NCBI GenBank assembly: GCA_958295855.1
Contig: OY282383.1
Span: 4,958,329 to 5,022,328, forward strand
Reading direction: 5' to 3'
From: an uncultured Poribacteria bacterium
GTDB lineage: Bacteria > Poribacteria > WGA-4E > WGA-3G
DNA: 64,000 nt
In this document: positions 18,082 to 27,385 of the stretch, piece by piece
Numbering within the stretch: the stretch's first letter is position 1
Layout of the letters: each line of letters opens with the position of its first letter
Notes under the pieces: generated by a model
Told to the model about the DNA's origin: nothing
What the model saw: only the letters and a program-made list of their open reading frames with translations
Databases searched by the model: none
Program-made: the position numbers and the translations under genes

Positions 18082-19191
18082 TTATTCAAACACAGGTACA
18101 GCGAGAATATGGGGTTGGGCGGCATCCGTTTTCATTTGTCCAAGCACTTCTTTGATCGCAGCCGCTCTCGTTTTTCCAACGTCCTCAACTGCTTGTAGTT
18201 CTGCGACGGTGGCAGTCTGAATCCCTGCCAACGTTTTGAACCTTTGAACAATGTTTTCAAGGACATTCAGTGGAATACGTGGTACCTGACGCAGCATCCG
18301 ATACCCGCGCGGCTCCAGCACCTCTAAAGTATTACCAATATTACGCGGGTACCCCAAGGCACTGCTGATATTGCTCCCAGTTGCCAGGCTGTTCGCGTCA
18401 AGCCCCAGAATCTTTTCAAATGCTTGGGATTCATCGCGCGGGCTGCCTTGATAGTAGTCTTTCATAATCAGAATCCCTCTCTCAATCTCAGTTGTTAATT
18501 CCGAGGGAATGAGTTGTAGCGATTGGGCCTGGGTGCCTAATTCAACCCGGTAGCGGTTTAATTCATGTTCTGTCCGTCGCACCCGTTCACACAATTGGAT
18601 AGCTGTGACGACATCCTTCAGTGTAACATTCCCGCTGAGTTCGGCCCAATTCAGGACTGTTACGGCGTTTTGCATGGCTTTAACGTACCGGGTAAGCGCG
18701 AGCATAGTTTGGTTGGCACCGGAGATGAGAATCGGACGCTCCCGGAAAATATAGTGCTGATTTTTCGTATACAACGTCAGTGTATTGCGGCTCCGTGACA
18801 CGGCGAGGACTATGTGTTCTGTCTGTTTGGCGAATTTATCCGCTGTGCGGTGGCGGAGCCCCGTTTCGCTCGTGGGAATATTCGGGTTCAACCTCAGTGT
18901 GACATTCGCGCGCGCAATCCGTTTCATATCCTCAGAAAGGACAATCGCCCCATCCATTTTTGCCAATTCATACAAGCGCGTCGGCGTATACCGGCAGTTG
19001 ATGCGGAAGCCGCCCTCTGTCAAATCTAGAATCTCTGGCGTATCCCCAACGACAATCAAGCCGCCCGTTTTGCCTTGAATCATAAAATCGATGCCCTCTC
19101 TGAGAGAAGTCCCTGGCGATAGCAACTTCAAAGCAGCGACGAGTTCACGTTCCTTCTGATTTTCCGTTGAAATGTTCAGCACTGTACCCAC
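18082..19191 (-). CDS. disA: DNA integrity scanning protein DisA (diadenylate cyclase)
   Basis: LYELAKMDGAIVLS, SETGLRHRTADKFAKQT, LGYP, LEPRGYRMLRQVPRIP and a C-terminal HhH (IQTATVAELQAVEDVGKTRAAAI). These align along the whole of B. subtilis DisA. Confidence 0.9.
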   Translation of the reverse strand: MGTVLNISTENQKERELVAALKLLSPGTSLREGIDFMIQGKTGGLIVVGDTPEILDLTEGGFRINCRYTPTRLYELAKMDGAIVLSEDMKRIARANVTLRLNPNIPTSETGLRHRTADKFAKQTEHIVLAVSRSRNTLTLYTKNQHYIFRERPILISGANQTMLALTRYVKAMQNAVTVLNWAELSGNVTLKDVVTAIQLCERVRRTEHELNRYRVELGTQAQSLQLIPSELTTEIERGILIMKDYYQGSPRDESQAFEKILGLDANSLATGSNISSALGYPRNIGNTLEVLEPRGYRMLRQVPRIPLNVLENIVQRFKTLAGIQTATVAELQAVEDVGKTRAAAIKEVLGQMKTDAAQPHILAVPVFE

Positions 19192-19400
19192 CTCCCATTT
19201 AATAGAATATCATATTTCAACGTGCGGTGTCAAGGTTAATTTCGGCGTAGCTTGCAGGTTTCTGAAACTGGCTATAGAAAAATCAGGTTGTGGTTCCGGG
19301 AATCTGCTAATTGGGAGCTGCTACGCAAGATTCCTGTCGCCTCAACGACATGGCTCGGTGTCGGGTAGGGCTATAGCGTCAAAAAACTGCCACAATTTCC

Positions 19401-19429
19401 TTGACTTCACGCCGAAATAAATGTATAAT
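19401..19429 (+). promoter_or_regulatory. sigma70-type promoter candidate (TTGACT-17-TATAAT)
   Basis: ttgacttcacgccgaaataaatgtataat, about 140 nt upstream of the ppiB-like ATG. Confidence 0.45.
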
Positions 19430-19571
19430 GAGTACATGTTGTATGGAGAAGCACAACAACTATTGTTTGTGCCTGCTGATAGTAACACATCCCGCAGCTC
19501 TCTCTTGCGCGAATGTTCAGCAGCTTTATGTTGTTTTTAATCAAATTTAAAATTGTGAAAAGTGAGAAACG

Positions 19572-20147
19572 ATGCAAATGAGTTTATTAAATTCCTTTTT
19601 CGGCGCAACTCGCAGGGCTCCGAAACCTGCTAAAAAAAAGTCTACAGTCAGTGCGAGCTCCGACGAACAATTACCTATAGTAACCCTTGAAACCGATAAA
19701 GGCACCATAATAATTGAACTTTATCCGGAGAGTGCCCCCGCAACCGTAGCCAATTTTAAGAAACTAATTGAGGCTGGGTTTTACGACGGTTTGACGTTTC
19801 ACCGGTTTGTGCGAGGGTTTGTCATCCAAGGTGGTGCCCCAGATAGCACCGGCATGGGAGGCCCAGGGTGGACAATTCCCGGCGAATTCCAAGATGCGGA
19901 ACTTCGGGCGAAGATGCCACCCCACGAAAAAGGCGTTATTGCAATGGCTCGGAAACCTTCCCCCGATTCAGCGGGAAGCCAATTCTATATTTGTCTAAGC
20001 ACAGATGCAAGCATTTACGCACATCTAAACGGCAACTATACCACATTTGGAAGGGTGATTGAAGGGCTAGACGACGTAGTAACCGCGCTTCGAGAGGGCG
20101 ATATAATGATTGAGGTTACGCTCAAAGACTCGCCCGAACAAAACTGA
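19572..20147 (+). CDS. cyclophilin-type peptidyl-prolyl cis-trans isomerase
   Basis: FHRFVRGFVIQGG, IAMARKPSPDSAGSQFYI. Has an N-terminal ~35-aa K/A-rich extension. Confidence 0.85.
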   Translation: MQMSLLNSFFGATRRAPKPAKKKSTVSASSDEQLPIVTLETDKGTIIIELYPESAPATVANFKKLIEAGFYDGLTFHRFVRGFVIQGGAPDSTGMGGPGWTIPGEFQDAELRAKMPPHEKGVIAMARKPSPDSAGSQFYICLSTDASIYAHLNGNYTTFGRVIEGLDDVVTALREGDIMIEVTLKDSPEQN

Positions 20148-20192
20148 TTTTTTCTTTCCTATAAAATCAATATTTAGAGAGGTTTACGAAAC

Positions 20193-21248
20193 ATGGAAGA
20201 ATGGAAACGCCTCGTGAGGGATACTGTCAATACGCCAGAAAAGCTAGCTGCCGCGTTTGATGTTGATGTAGAGGAGATGCAGCGCATCCACAAAGAATTT
20301 CCCATCCGTATCAATCCCTATTATCTCAGTCTCATAGAAAAACCCGGTGATCCGATTTGGAAACAGGTTGTCCCAGACCCACGTGAATTGATTAGTACAG
20401 GCGTGGAGGACCCGCTGCACGAAGAAGATGACAGCGAGGTGCCAAATGTCACCCACCGATACCCCGATAGGGCACTTTTTTATGTCAACTATATGTGCCC
20501 AATTTACTGCCGTTTCTGCACCCGCAAGCGGAAAGTCGGGGACCCGCACTCCATCGCTGATAATAACATTGAGGCTGGCCTCGCTTACATTCAGGCGCAT
20601 CCGGAGATTCGCGATGTCATTATTTCCGGCGGCGACCCGCTCATGTTAACAGATAAGAAAATTGAGACAATTGTCAGCGGGCTACGGGCGATAGAACACT
20701 TAGAGATTATCCGAGTCGGTTCACGAGTACCGGTAACGTTGCCACAACGCATTACCCCCGAGTTGTGTGCAATTTTGAAGCGGCACCATCCTTTTTACAT
20801 TAACACCCACTTCAACCATCCACGCGAAATTACCCCAGAGACAGAGAAAGCGTGCGGCATGTTAGCCGATGCCGGCATCCCGCTTGGTAACCAGGCAGTA
20901 CTTCTCAAAGGCGTGAACGATGAGCCTGCTGTGATGGTGGAACTGATGAAGGGATTGTTACGCATCCGGGTGAAGCCGTACTATATCTATCAAGCGGATC
21001 TGGTTGTCGGCACAGACCATTTCCGGACAGCGGTGAAGACAGGGTTAGAAATCGTTGCGGCATTACGTGGGCATATCTCTGGGCTTGGCGTACCGCATTA
21101 TGTCGTTGATGCACCGGGCGGTGGCGGGAAAATCGCCCTGATTCCCGACCCGGTTGTGGCATTTGATGACGATGAAATTCAACTCCGGAACTACGAAGGC
21201 AACGTCTACAGCTATCCGAGTACGCCGTTTTATGATGAGGATTGGTAG
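20193..21248 (+). CDS. KamA-family radical SAM protein (lysine 2,3-aminomutase, EpmB-like)
   Basis: CPIYCRFCTRK is a CxxxCxxC radical-SAM cluster in KamA context. Size 351 aa, like EpmB/YjeK. Confidence 0.8.
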   Translation: MEEWKRLVRDTVNTPEKLAAAFDVDVEEMQRIHKEFPIRINPYYLSLIEKPGDPIWKQVVPDPRELISTGVEDPLHEEDDSEVPNVTHRYPDRALFYVNYMCPIYCRFCTRKRKVGDPHSIADNNIEAGLAYIQAHPEIRDVIISGGDPLMLTDKKIETIVSGLRAIEHLEIIRVGSRVPVTLPQRITPELCAILKRHHPFYINTHFNHPREITPETEKACGMLADAGIPLGNQAVLLKGVNDEPAVMVELMKGLLRIRVKPYYIYQADLVVGTDHFRTAVKTGLEIVAALRGHISGLGVPHYVVDAPGGGGKIALIPDPVVAFDDDEIQLRNYEGNVYSYPSTPFYDEDW

Positions 21249-21263
21249 GGAAGCTGCTTTTGT

Positions 21264-21378
21264 CTGAATCACGGATTATCACAGATAACGCAGATGACGC
21301 GGATTTTAAAAGCGTCTCTGCTCTTCTCCGCGTTAATCCGCGTAATCTGTGTCATCCGCGATTCAGACAATGAACCAT
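21264..21378. repeat. compact MITE of family D (imperfect terminal inverted repeats around aaaatccgcg / cgcggatttt)
   Basis: tctgaatcacggattatcacagataacgcagatgacgcggattttaa … ccgcgttaatccgcgtaatctgtgtcatccgcgattcagacaatgaacc. Same modules in 25560-26470, 47640-47795 and 56950-58110. Confidence 0.75.
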
Positions 21379-21395
21379 TTTTGCATAAAAAAAAC

Positions 21396-21424
21396 TTGAC
21401 AAAAAACGCTACATTTGCTAAAAT
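21396..21424 (+). promoter_or_regulatory. sigma70-type promoter candidate (TTGACA-17-TAAAAT)
   Basis: cttgacaaaaaacgctacatttgctaaaat. First of two tandem duplicated promoter modules. Confidence 0.4.
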
Positions 21425-21478
21425 AACATCAGTTTTGAACGTTTTTGGCAATTTTCCGAGATTTTTGCATAAAAGAAC

Positions 21479-21507
21479 TTGACAGAAATTGCATTATTTG
21501 CGATACT
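21479..21507 (+). promoter_or_regulatory. sigma70-type promoter candidate (TTGACA-17-GATACT)
   Basis: cttgacagaaattgcattatttgcgatact. Second copy of the duplicated module (ttgcataaaa…cttgaca repeated about 85 bp apart). Confidence 0.4.
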
Positions 21508-22286
21508 AACTGCAACTTTGGTGATAGAATCTATTTCCGCATCGCGATGTACCGCAAACCAAAACGGAACGAGGAACGACACAAGTGAAGCAGCGAATGC
21601 TCAATTTCATTGCAAAACAGGTCACCGCAGCCCAGCTTGGGCCCCGCGGTACGCAGCACCCTCAGTGTGCGTCTGGCCCCTTCGTCGCGTTGTCACACGT
21701 TCCGGTTCACCTTGACACCGAAAAAGTAGGATTTACCCCCCCCGTACTTATTTTCCGTTAAGTATATTTACAAAACACGGCAGCGTCGGCGTTTGTCGCC
21801 GTTTGGTTGCCTTCAACCCCGCACGCATTCTTTGCGTGGCGGGCTATTTTTGTTGCATCGGGACAGTCCCGATGCATGTTTTCCTATCTGTTGTTATGTC
21901 CCCAGTTTGTTCCATTTTCCTGCTGCGAGAGATTTCCGCGCGCTGCCTTTCGCGGTACAGATTGCTGCGGGCTCTGCTTCATTTTGACAGTGTGGACACA
22001 TGGACTATTGATGGACGTAACGCGCGTCACTGTTAACGGTGACAAGGCTTTTAAACTATTGCCGCATCATGTCTACCAGAAAAAGTTATGTGGAAAGTTG
22101 CACCCCATCACCTGGAAGGATTCCCAGATCCAGCCGGCTCTGCCGGATACTGAATGATTGTCCTTCGTGCGGGCTCGCGCAAACTCAGACACGCTGAGTC
22201 CTTGCCGAACCCGCACGAACAGCCGCGAAACGATGTCACGTCCTTTCGCATGTTTCATAACACCGCGATACACCTATCGCTATTAA

Positions 22287-23840
22287 TTGAAGGAAGGAAA
22301 AACAATGAATAACAGAACAAACCGCCACGGAATTGCCAGGCTCCGGGAGAACGACCATCTACGCCTTGGCCATTTTGGCATGTTGTTGCCTCCACAATGC
22401 CCGCCTCTACCAACTTGGGCGGAAGATTTCGGTATTAAAAATCGATGTGAGGCCGAGACCGTAGCGGCCACGCTCGGCAAACCTTGCGGCATCATGCACG
22501 ACGCGAGAGACACGTCTCGAAACAGCACTCTTCCCGCCGCATACACGTTCTTCGCGCAGTTCGTCGACCACGACATCACCCTCGATGCACGTAGCCAACT
22601 TGAAAGTGAAGTATTGAGCAGAGAGAATGTGGAGCGACTACCGAATCTCCGTTCCGCCTCGCTTGACTTGGATAGCGTGTATGGCTTTGGGCCTGATATA
22701 TCACCGCACCTCTACCACCGAGAGCAACCGTGGCACCTGCTCGTAGGCAGCCAGGTTGGCGACGTTGAGAATCCCAAGGATGTTCCGCGCCGCGCCGATG
22801 GCACAGCCTTGATCGGCGACCCGCGCAACGACGAAAACATCTTTCTCTCGCAGATGCACCTATTGTTTTTACGCTTTCATAATCGCCGCATCATTGATCT
22901 GCTTATTCGACATGATAACAGCCACGTTGAGGACGCGAATCAGCAGCATCTTCCGCTTCGCTTTGAGGACGTGCAGAGGGATGTGCGGTACCACTACCAG
23001 TACATCGTGCTTCACGACTTCTTGAGGCGCATCTGTAATGAAAGCATTTACAACTTTGCACTGCCAATGATTCAGGAAAATGCGAACAGACCTGAAAACG
23101 AAAGGGATTATCCTTTTTTCCTTAGTTCTCTGGTTGACAACGACAACCGCCTCCGCATGCCCGTTGAGTTTTCCGCGGCAGCCTATCGGTTCGGACATAC
23201 CCTCGTGCGCTCCCGGTACCCGGTGAACCCGAACTATCCGTCGATCGAGATATTTGACGAACGATTCGGCACCGTTGGGCTCAGCCCGGTACCACCAGAA
23301 CTTACCGTGGATTGGCGGTTCCTTTTGGATGTAAACCCCCATCAGCCCTACGTGAACTCCAAAGCCATTGACCATCTACTTGCGAATGAGTTAGTGGAAC
23401 TTCCCGAACGCGTCGTGGGACCGAACGCAAGACCGCAAGATTTCTCCTTGGCGTTCCGGAATCTCCTCCGAGGGTATGTCCTGGGGCTGCCAAGCGGACA
23501 GCAGGTTGCGGCAGCACTGGCACCCCAATACCAGTTTGATCCCGCGCAAGACTTGGAATTCGGAGGTATTCCGCGCTGGGACGGTGTGGACGAGAATTTG
23601 CGGAACAGACTTGAAGCACACACGCCTCTGTTTTTCTATCTGATGCGGGAGGCAGGAGTCCTAGGCGGCGGTGATCATTTAGGGCCCGTTGGCTCTGCTA
23701 TCCTCATGGAGGTCTTTGGCGCGATGCTCGTCCACCACGACACGTTCTTGAACGTGGAGGGTTGGCAACCAGATAGCAACGTCACCCAAGGAAGCAACGG
23801 ACTAACGTTGGCGGATATCGTCCGGTATGTCTCATCGTAG
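22287..23840 (+). CDS. animal-haem peroxidase family protein (peroxidase-cyclooxygenase superfamily)
   Basis: Distal His region FAQFVDHDIT, proximal His AYRFGHTLV, Ca-binding-like LDLDSVYG. Confidence 0.75.
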   Translation: MKEGKTMNNRTNRHGIARLRENDHLRLGHFGMLLPPQCPPLPTWAEDFGIKNRCEAETVAATLGKPCGIMHDARDTSRNSTLPAAYTFFAQFVDHDITLDARSQLESEVLSRENVERLPNLRSASLDLDSVYGFGPDISPHLYHREQPWHLLVGSQVGDVENPKDVPRRADGTALIGDPRNDENIFLSQMHLLFLRFHNRRIIDLLIRHDNSHVEDANQQHLPLRFEDVQRDVRYHYQYIVLHDFLRRICNESIYNFALPMIQENANRPENERDYPFFLSSLVDNDNRLRMPVEFSAAAYRFGHTLVRSRYPVNPNYPSIEIFDERFGTVGLSPVPPELTVDWRFLLDVNPHQPYVNSKAIDHLLANELVELPERVVGPNARPQDFSLAFRNLLRGYVLGLPSGQQVAAALAPQYQFDPAQDLEFGGIPRWDGVDENLRNRLEAHTPLFFYLMREAGVLGGGDHLGPVGSAILMEVFGAMLVHHDTFLNVEGWQPDSNVTQGSNGLTLADIVRYVSS

Positions 23841-23959
23841 GCAATCCGCCTTGGGAACCGTCTGAATTCAGACAACCGAAACACACGGGCGGGCACCGTG
23901 CCCGCCCACAACTCAGTAGGTGGGCCCACCGGGGCCCGATACGCAAAAGGAGAAATCCA

Positions 23960-25558
23960 ATGAAAATATTAATGTTGTTCAGCTTGACTCTGCTGTTAAC
24001 CGCCACGATGGTACTCACACCCGCCACCGCACAAGAATACGTACACACCGACACCTTGACAGGACACACGAGTTGGGTTCGCGTAACCTTCAAGGATAAC
24101 GGGACGCTTATCAGTGGGAGTTATGACGACACTCTCGGCGCCTGGAATGTTACCACCGGACAGCAACGCTGGCAACAGGATGTTGGCGATGTCGTCCAAG
24201 CCGTTGCACTCCCCACGCATGACCCTGTCTTCATCGCCTATGGTGGGGATGGCAATCATAACATTCGGATGCGCTATAGTGATGATGGCGACTGGCGCGG
24301 CAAGGTGGCGGGGCATACAAACAGTGTCCTTAGCCTCGCCTTCAAGCCGAACAGTTATCTGCTGGCGAGTGGGAGTAGGGACAAAACCATCCGCATCTGG
24401 GATGTGGGTAACGTAAACAACCTGCGGCATGTGCGCACGTTGCACGGCCACACGGATGCGGTCGTCTCGGTGGCGTGGAGTCCGGATGGTAGCACCCTCG
24501 CCAGCGCAAGTCTTGATGGCACGGTGCGGTTGTGGAATCCGAACAACGGCATCAACTTCGCCGTGCTGCGGGGGCATACGGAGGGTGTCTTCTGCGTGGC
24601 GTGGAGTCCGGACGGCAGCATCGTCGCCAGTGGGAGTAATGACTACACCATCCGTTTATGGGATCCGGACACGCACGGTACTCGGCGCGTGCTGCGGGGA
24701 CACACCAGGGTTGTCATTTCGTTAGCGTTCCATCCGAACGGACAGACGCTGGCGAGTGGGAGTTCTGACAACACCATCCGCTTGTGGAACCCGAACACCG
24801 GAAGCCTCAAAGCCACCCTCACGGAATACAGGACTAACATCAATGGCTTAGCGTTCTCGCCGAACGGACAGACTCTCGCCGGTGGGGGGCCTAGATACCG
24901 AGATATCAGTTTGTGGCGGTTGCTGTCGGTGGATGTCACGGGGAATGGAGTTGTCAATGTCAATGACCTTGCGGAACTGGTGAAGAGTTACGGCAAAACC
25001 GTCGCTGGTGGAGCAAACCGCCGCGCCGATGTCAACAAGGATGGAAAGGTTGACATTGACGATCTCCTCTTGGTAGCGAAGGCTGTGGATGCTGCAGCGG
25101 CTGCGCCTGCGTTCGTGCAGGGAGATATCGAGACCTGGAGCATATCGGCGGAGGATGTGCAGCAGTGGATCCGCGATGCCAAAGAAGCCAAGGCAGATCC
25201 CGCAGGGATTGCCGCGCTGGAACGCATCTTGGCAACGCTCAGTAGGAGGGACCTCCCGGTCCCGAAAGAGACAGCACTGCTTGCCAACTATCCGAATCCG
25301 TTTAATCCGGAAACGTGGATACCCTATCAATTGGCGAAGCCTGCTGAAGTGACGCTCTCCATCTATGCGGCGGATGGGACGTTAGTCAGGACGCTGGCGT
25401 TAGGTCAGATGCCTGCGGGTGTGTATGAGACGCAGGCACGCGCGGCGTATTGGGATGGCCGCAATGCACAGGGAGAGCCTGTTGCGAGTGGTGTGTATTT
25501 CTATACGCTGACAGCGGGAGATTTCACCGCAACGAAGAAGATGGTGATAAGGAAATAG
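23960..25558 (+). CDS. secreted WD40-repeat protein with dockerin-like Ca-binding repeat and T9SS-type C-terminal sorting domain
   Basis: Signal peptide. At least 7 WD repeats (GHT..V.S.A.SPDG…WD/WN). Dockerin-like VNVNDL…DVNKDGKVDIDDL. C-terminal NYPNPFNPET…IYAADG…SGVYFY resembling TIGR04183. Confidence 0.75.
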   Translation: MKILMLFSLTLLLTATMVLTPATAQEYVHTDTLTGHTSWVRVTFKDNGTLISGSYDDTLGAWNVTTGQQRWQQDVGDVVQAVALPTHDPVFIAYGGDGNHNIRMRYSDDGDWRGKVAGHTNSVLSLAFKPNSYLLASGSRDKTIRIWDVGNVNNLRHVRTLHGHTDAVVSVAWSPDGSTLASASLDGTVRLWNPNNGINFAVLRGHTEGVFCVAWSPDGSIVASGSNDYTIRLWDPDTHGTRRVLRGHTRVVISLAFHPNGQTLASGSSDNTIRLWNPNTGSLKATLTEYRTNINGLAFSPNGQTLAGGGPRYRDISLWRLLSVDVTGNGVVNVNDLAELVKSYGKTVAGGANRRADVNKDGKVDIDDLLLVAKAVDAAAAAPAFVQGDIETWSISAEDVQQWIRDAKEAKADPAGIAALERILATLSRRDLPVPKETALLANYPNPFNPETWIPYQLAKPAEVTLSIYAADGTLVRTLALGQMPAGVYETQARAAYWDGRNAQGEPVASGVYFYTLTAGDFTATKKMVIRK

Positions 25559-25559
25559 G

Positions 25560-26470
25560 AAATCGCCGTTACATCTGAATGCGCGGATGATTTTCTCGTC
25601 TGAATCACGGATTATCACGGAGTACACGGATAGACGCGGATTTTAAGAGGGCCTCTGCTCTTCCCCACGTTTGTCCGTGTCATCCGTGCCACTCCGGGGT
25701 TCAGACAATGAACCATTACATTTCCCCATTAATTTTTTGTTTTCACCAGACACCTGTCGCCCCGCTGGGGCTAAACAAGCAGGTAGGCCCGTGGTACTAT
25801 ACACATGTCGCCCCGCTGGGGCTAAAGAGGTTGCGCGCGGGTTATTTTCTTGTCTGAATCGCGGATTATCACAGATTACGCAGATGACGCGGATTTTAAG
25901 AGGGCTCTGCTCTTCCCCACGTTTGTCCGTGTCATCCGTGCCACTCCGGGGTTCAGAAATGAACCATTACATTGCCCCATTAATTTTTTGTTTTCACCAG
26001 ACACCTGTCGCCCCGCTGGGGCTAAAGAGGTTGCGATCGTGGGGTATTTTCTCGCCCATAAGCGACGTGCAGTCAGACAATAAACACCTCATCGCTGCTA
26101 GGCTTGTAGCGTGACGTGACTTTACAAAAACACCCTCTTAAAATCCGCGTTAATCTGCGTAATCCGTGTAATCCGCGATTCAGACAATGAACACCTCCAT
26201 CCCCCCCATTAATTTTTTGTTTTCATGAGACACCTGTCGCCCCGCTGGGGCTAAACAAGCAGGTAGGCCCGTGGTACTATACACCTGTCGCCCCGCTGGG
26301 GCTAAAGAGGTTGCGATCGCGGGTTATTTTCTCGCCCATAAGCGACGTGCAGTCAGACAATAAACACCTCATTGCTGCTAGGCTTGTAGCGTGACGTGAC
26401 TTCACAAAAACACCCTCTTAAAATCCGCGTTTATCCGCGTAATCTGTGTAATCCGCGATTCAGATTAAAT
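25560..26470. repeat. array of composite family-D repeat units (about 230-290 bp each, about 3.5 copies) containing paired 24-nt direct repeats ACATGTCGCCCCGCTGGGGCTAAA
   Basis: gtcgccccgctggggctaaa at about 25755, 25800, 26010, 26235 and 26285. Inter-repeat segment caagcaggtaggcccgtggtactatacac conserved. aaaatccgcg/gattcagacaatgaacc modules. No ORF. Confidence 0.85.
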
Positions 26471-26583
26471 TCTTAATCTTCATGAAAACCCGCCAGCACT
26501 TATCTACGCCGCAGTGCCTTATAGCTGCCCTGTCGCCCTCGTGCTCCGTTTTAGCACCTCGTCAATTGCACTGAAGATTCAGA

Positions 26584-26612
26584 TTGACAATGTTAATCTT
26601 TTCGTGTATACT
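26584..26612 (+). promoter_or_regulatory. sigma70-type promoter candidate (TTGACA-17-TATACT)
   Basis: ttgacaatgttaatcttttcgtgtatact, 57 nt upstream of the Uma2 gene. Confidence 0.45.
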
Positions 26613-26668
26613 GATAAGACTTAGACACAAGCAGGATACAGAAAACCCTACACAAAGGAGACATCACC

Positions 26669-27376
26669 ATGCGAAATCAAAACACGCCTCGACTCCATTA
26701 CGCACCAACAGAAGAGATGGATACCTATCCCGAATCTGATGGGAAACCTATCGCAGAAACGGATCTGCACCGGGATGAACTTCTCAAAACCATTGAGCTA
26801 CTCAGAGAACATTTTAAGGCGCTACCAGATGCCTACGTATCGGGTAACCTGATGATGTATTATACGAAGGGGGAGGCAAGCCACTCAGTATCGCCGGATG
26901 TGTTCGTCAGCTTTGGGGTAGGGCGACATCCCCGGCGCATCTATCGGATGTGGCAAGAGGGAAAGCCTCCGGACTTCGTGCTTGAGTTCTCGAGCAAAGG
27001 GACGTTTCGTAACGATTTGAACGCCAAGAAAACGCTTTATGCGTCGGCACTGGGGGTGCGTGAATACTTCTTATATGATGTGGAACATCTCTATTTACCT
27101 GCACCGCTGCTCGGATTTACGCTGCGGGATGGTGTCTATGTGCCGATTGCTGCGGGTTCAGATGGGGGAATTCTGTCATCAACATTAGGTTTGGCGTTGT
27201 ACTCACTGCCTGCCGGGCTGGGTTTTTATGATGTGCGTGCATCGGAATGGCTGAAGACACCTGCTGAAAAGGAAGCCATCGCCCGGCAACGTGCTGAAGC
27301 TGCCGCACAGCGCGCCGAATCGGAGAACGCACGACTCCGTCAGGAACTTGCACGGTTGAAACGCTTAGAGAATTAG
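26669..27376 (+). CDS. Uma2-family (DUF820) putative restriction-endonuclease-like protein
   Basis: YPESDGKP…ETDLHRDEL…YVSGNLMMYY…PDVFVSFGV…PDFVLEFSS. Coiled-coil Q/A/R-rich tail. Confidence 0.7.
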   Translation: MRNQNTPRLHYAPTEEMDTYPESDGKPIAETDLHRDELLKTIELLREHFKALPDAYVSGNLMMYYTKGEASHSVSPDVFVSFGVGRHPRRIYRMWQEGKPPDFVLEFSSKGTFRNDLNAKKTLYASALGVREYFLYDVEHLYLPAPLLGFTLRDGVYVPIAAGSDGGILSSTLGLALYSLPAGLGFYDVRASEWLKTPAEKEAIARQRAEAAAQRAESENARLRQELARLKRLEN

Positions 27377-27385
27377 GCGTAAGCA

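Noticed and set aside
21807-22157. 116-aa Cys-rich ORF between tandem promoters and peroxidase gene
   Set aside because: No SD, odd composition and overlaps other frames. Kept only as part of the possible non-coding leader finding.
23996-25330. ORFs antisense to the WD40 gene (23996..24577, 24848..25330 etc.)
   Set aside because: Shadow ORFs in a GC-rich repeat-coding region. The WD40 frame has clear domain structure.
25560-26470. Possible CRISPR array (24-nt direct repeats ACATGTCGCCCCGCTGGGGCTAAA separated by about 31 nt)
   Set aside because: The inter-repeat segments are identical between units, repeats come in fixed pairs inside a larger repeated unit, and no cas genes are nearby. This is a composite MITE array, not a CRISPR array.
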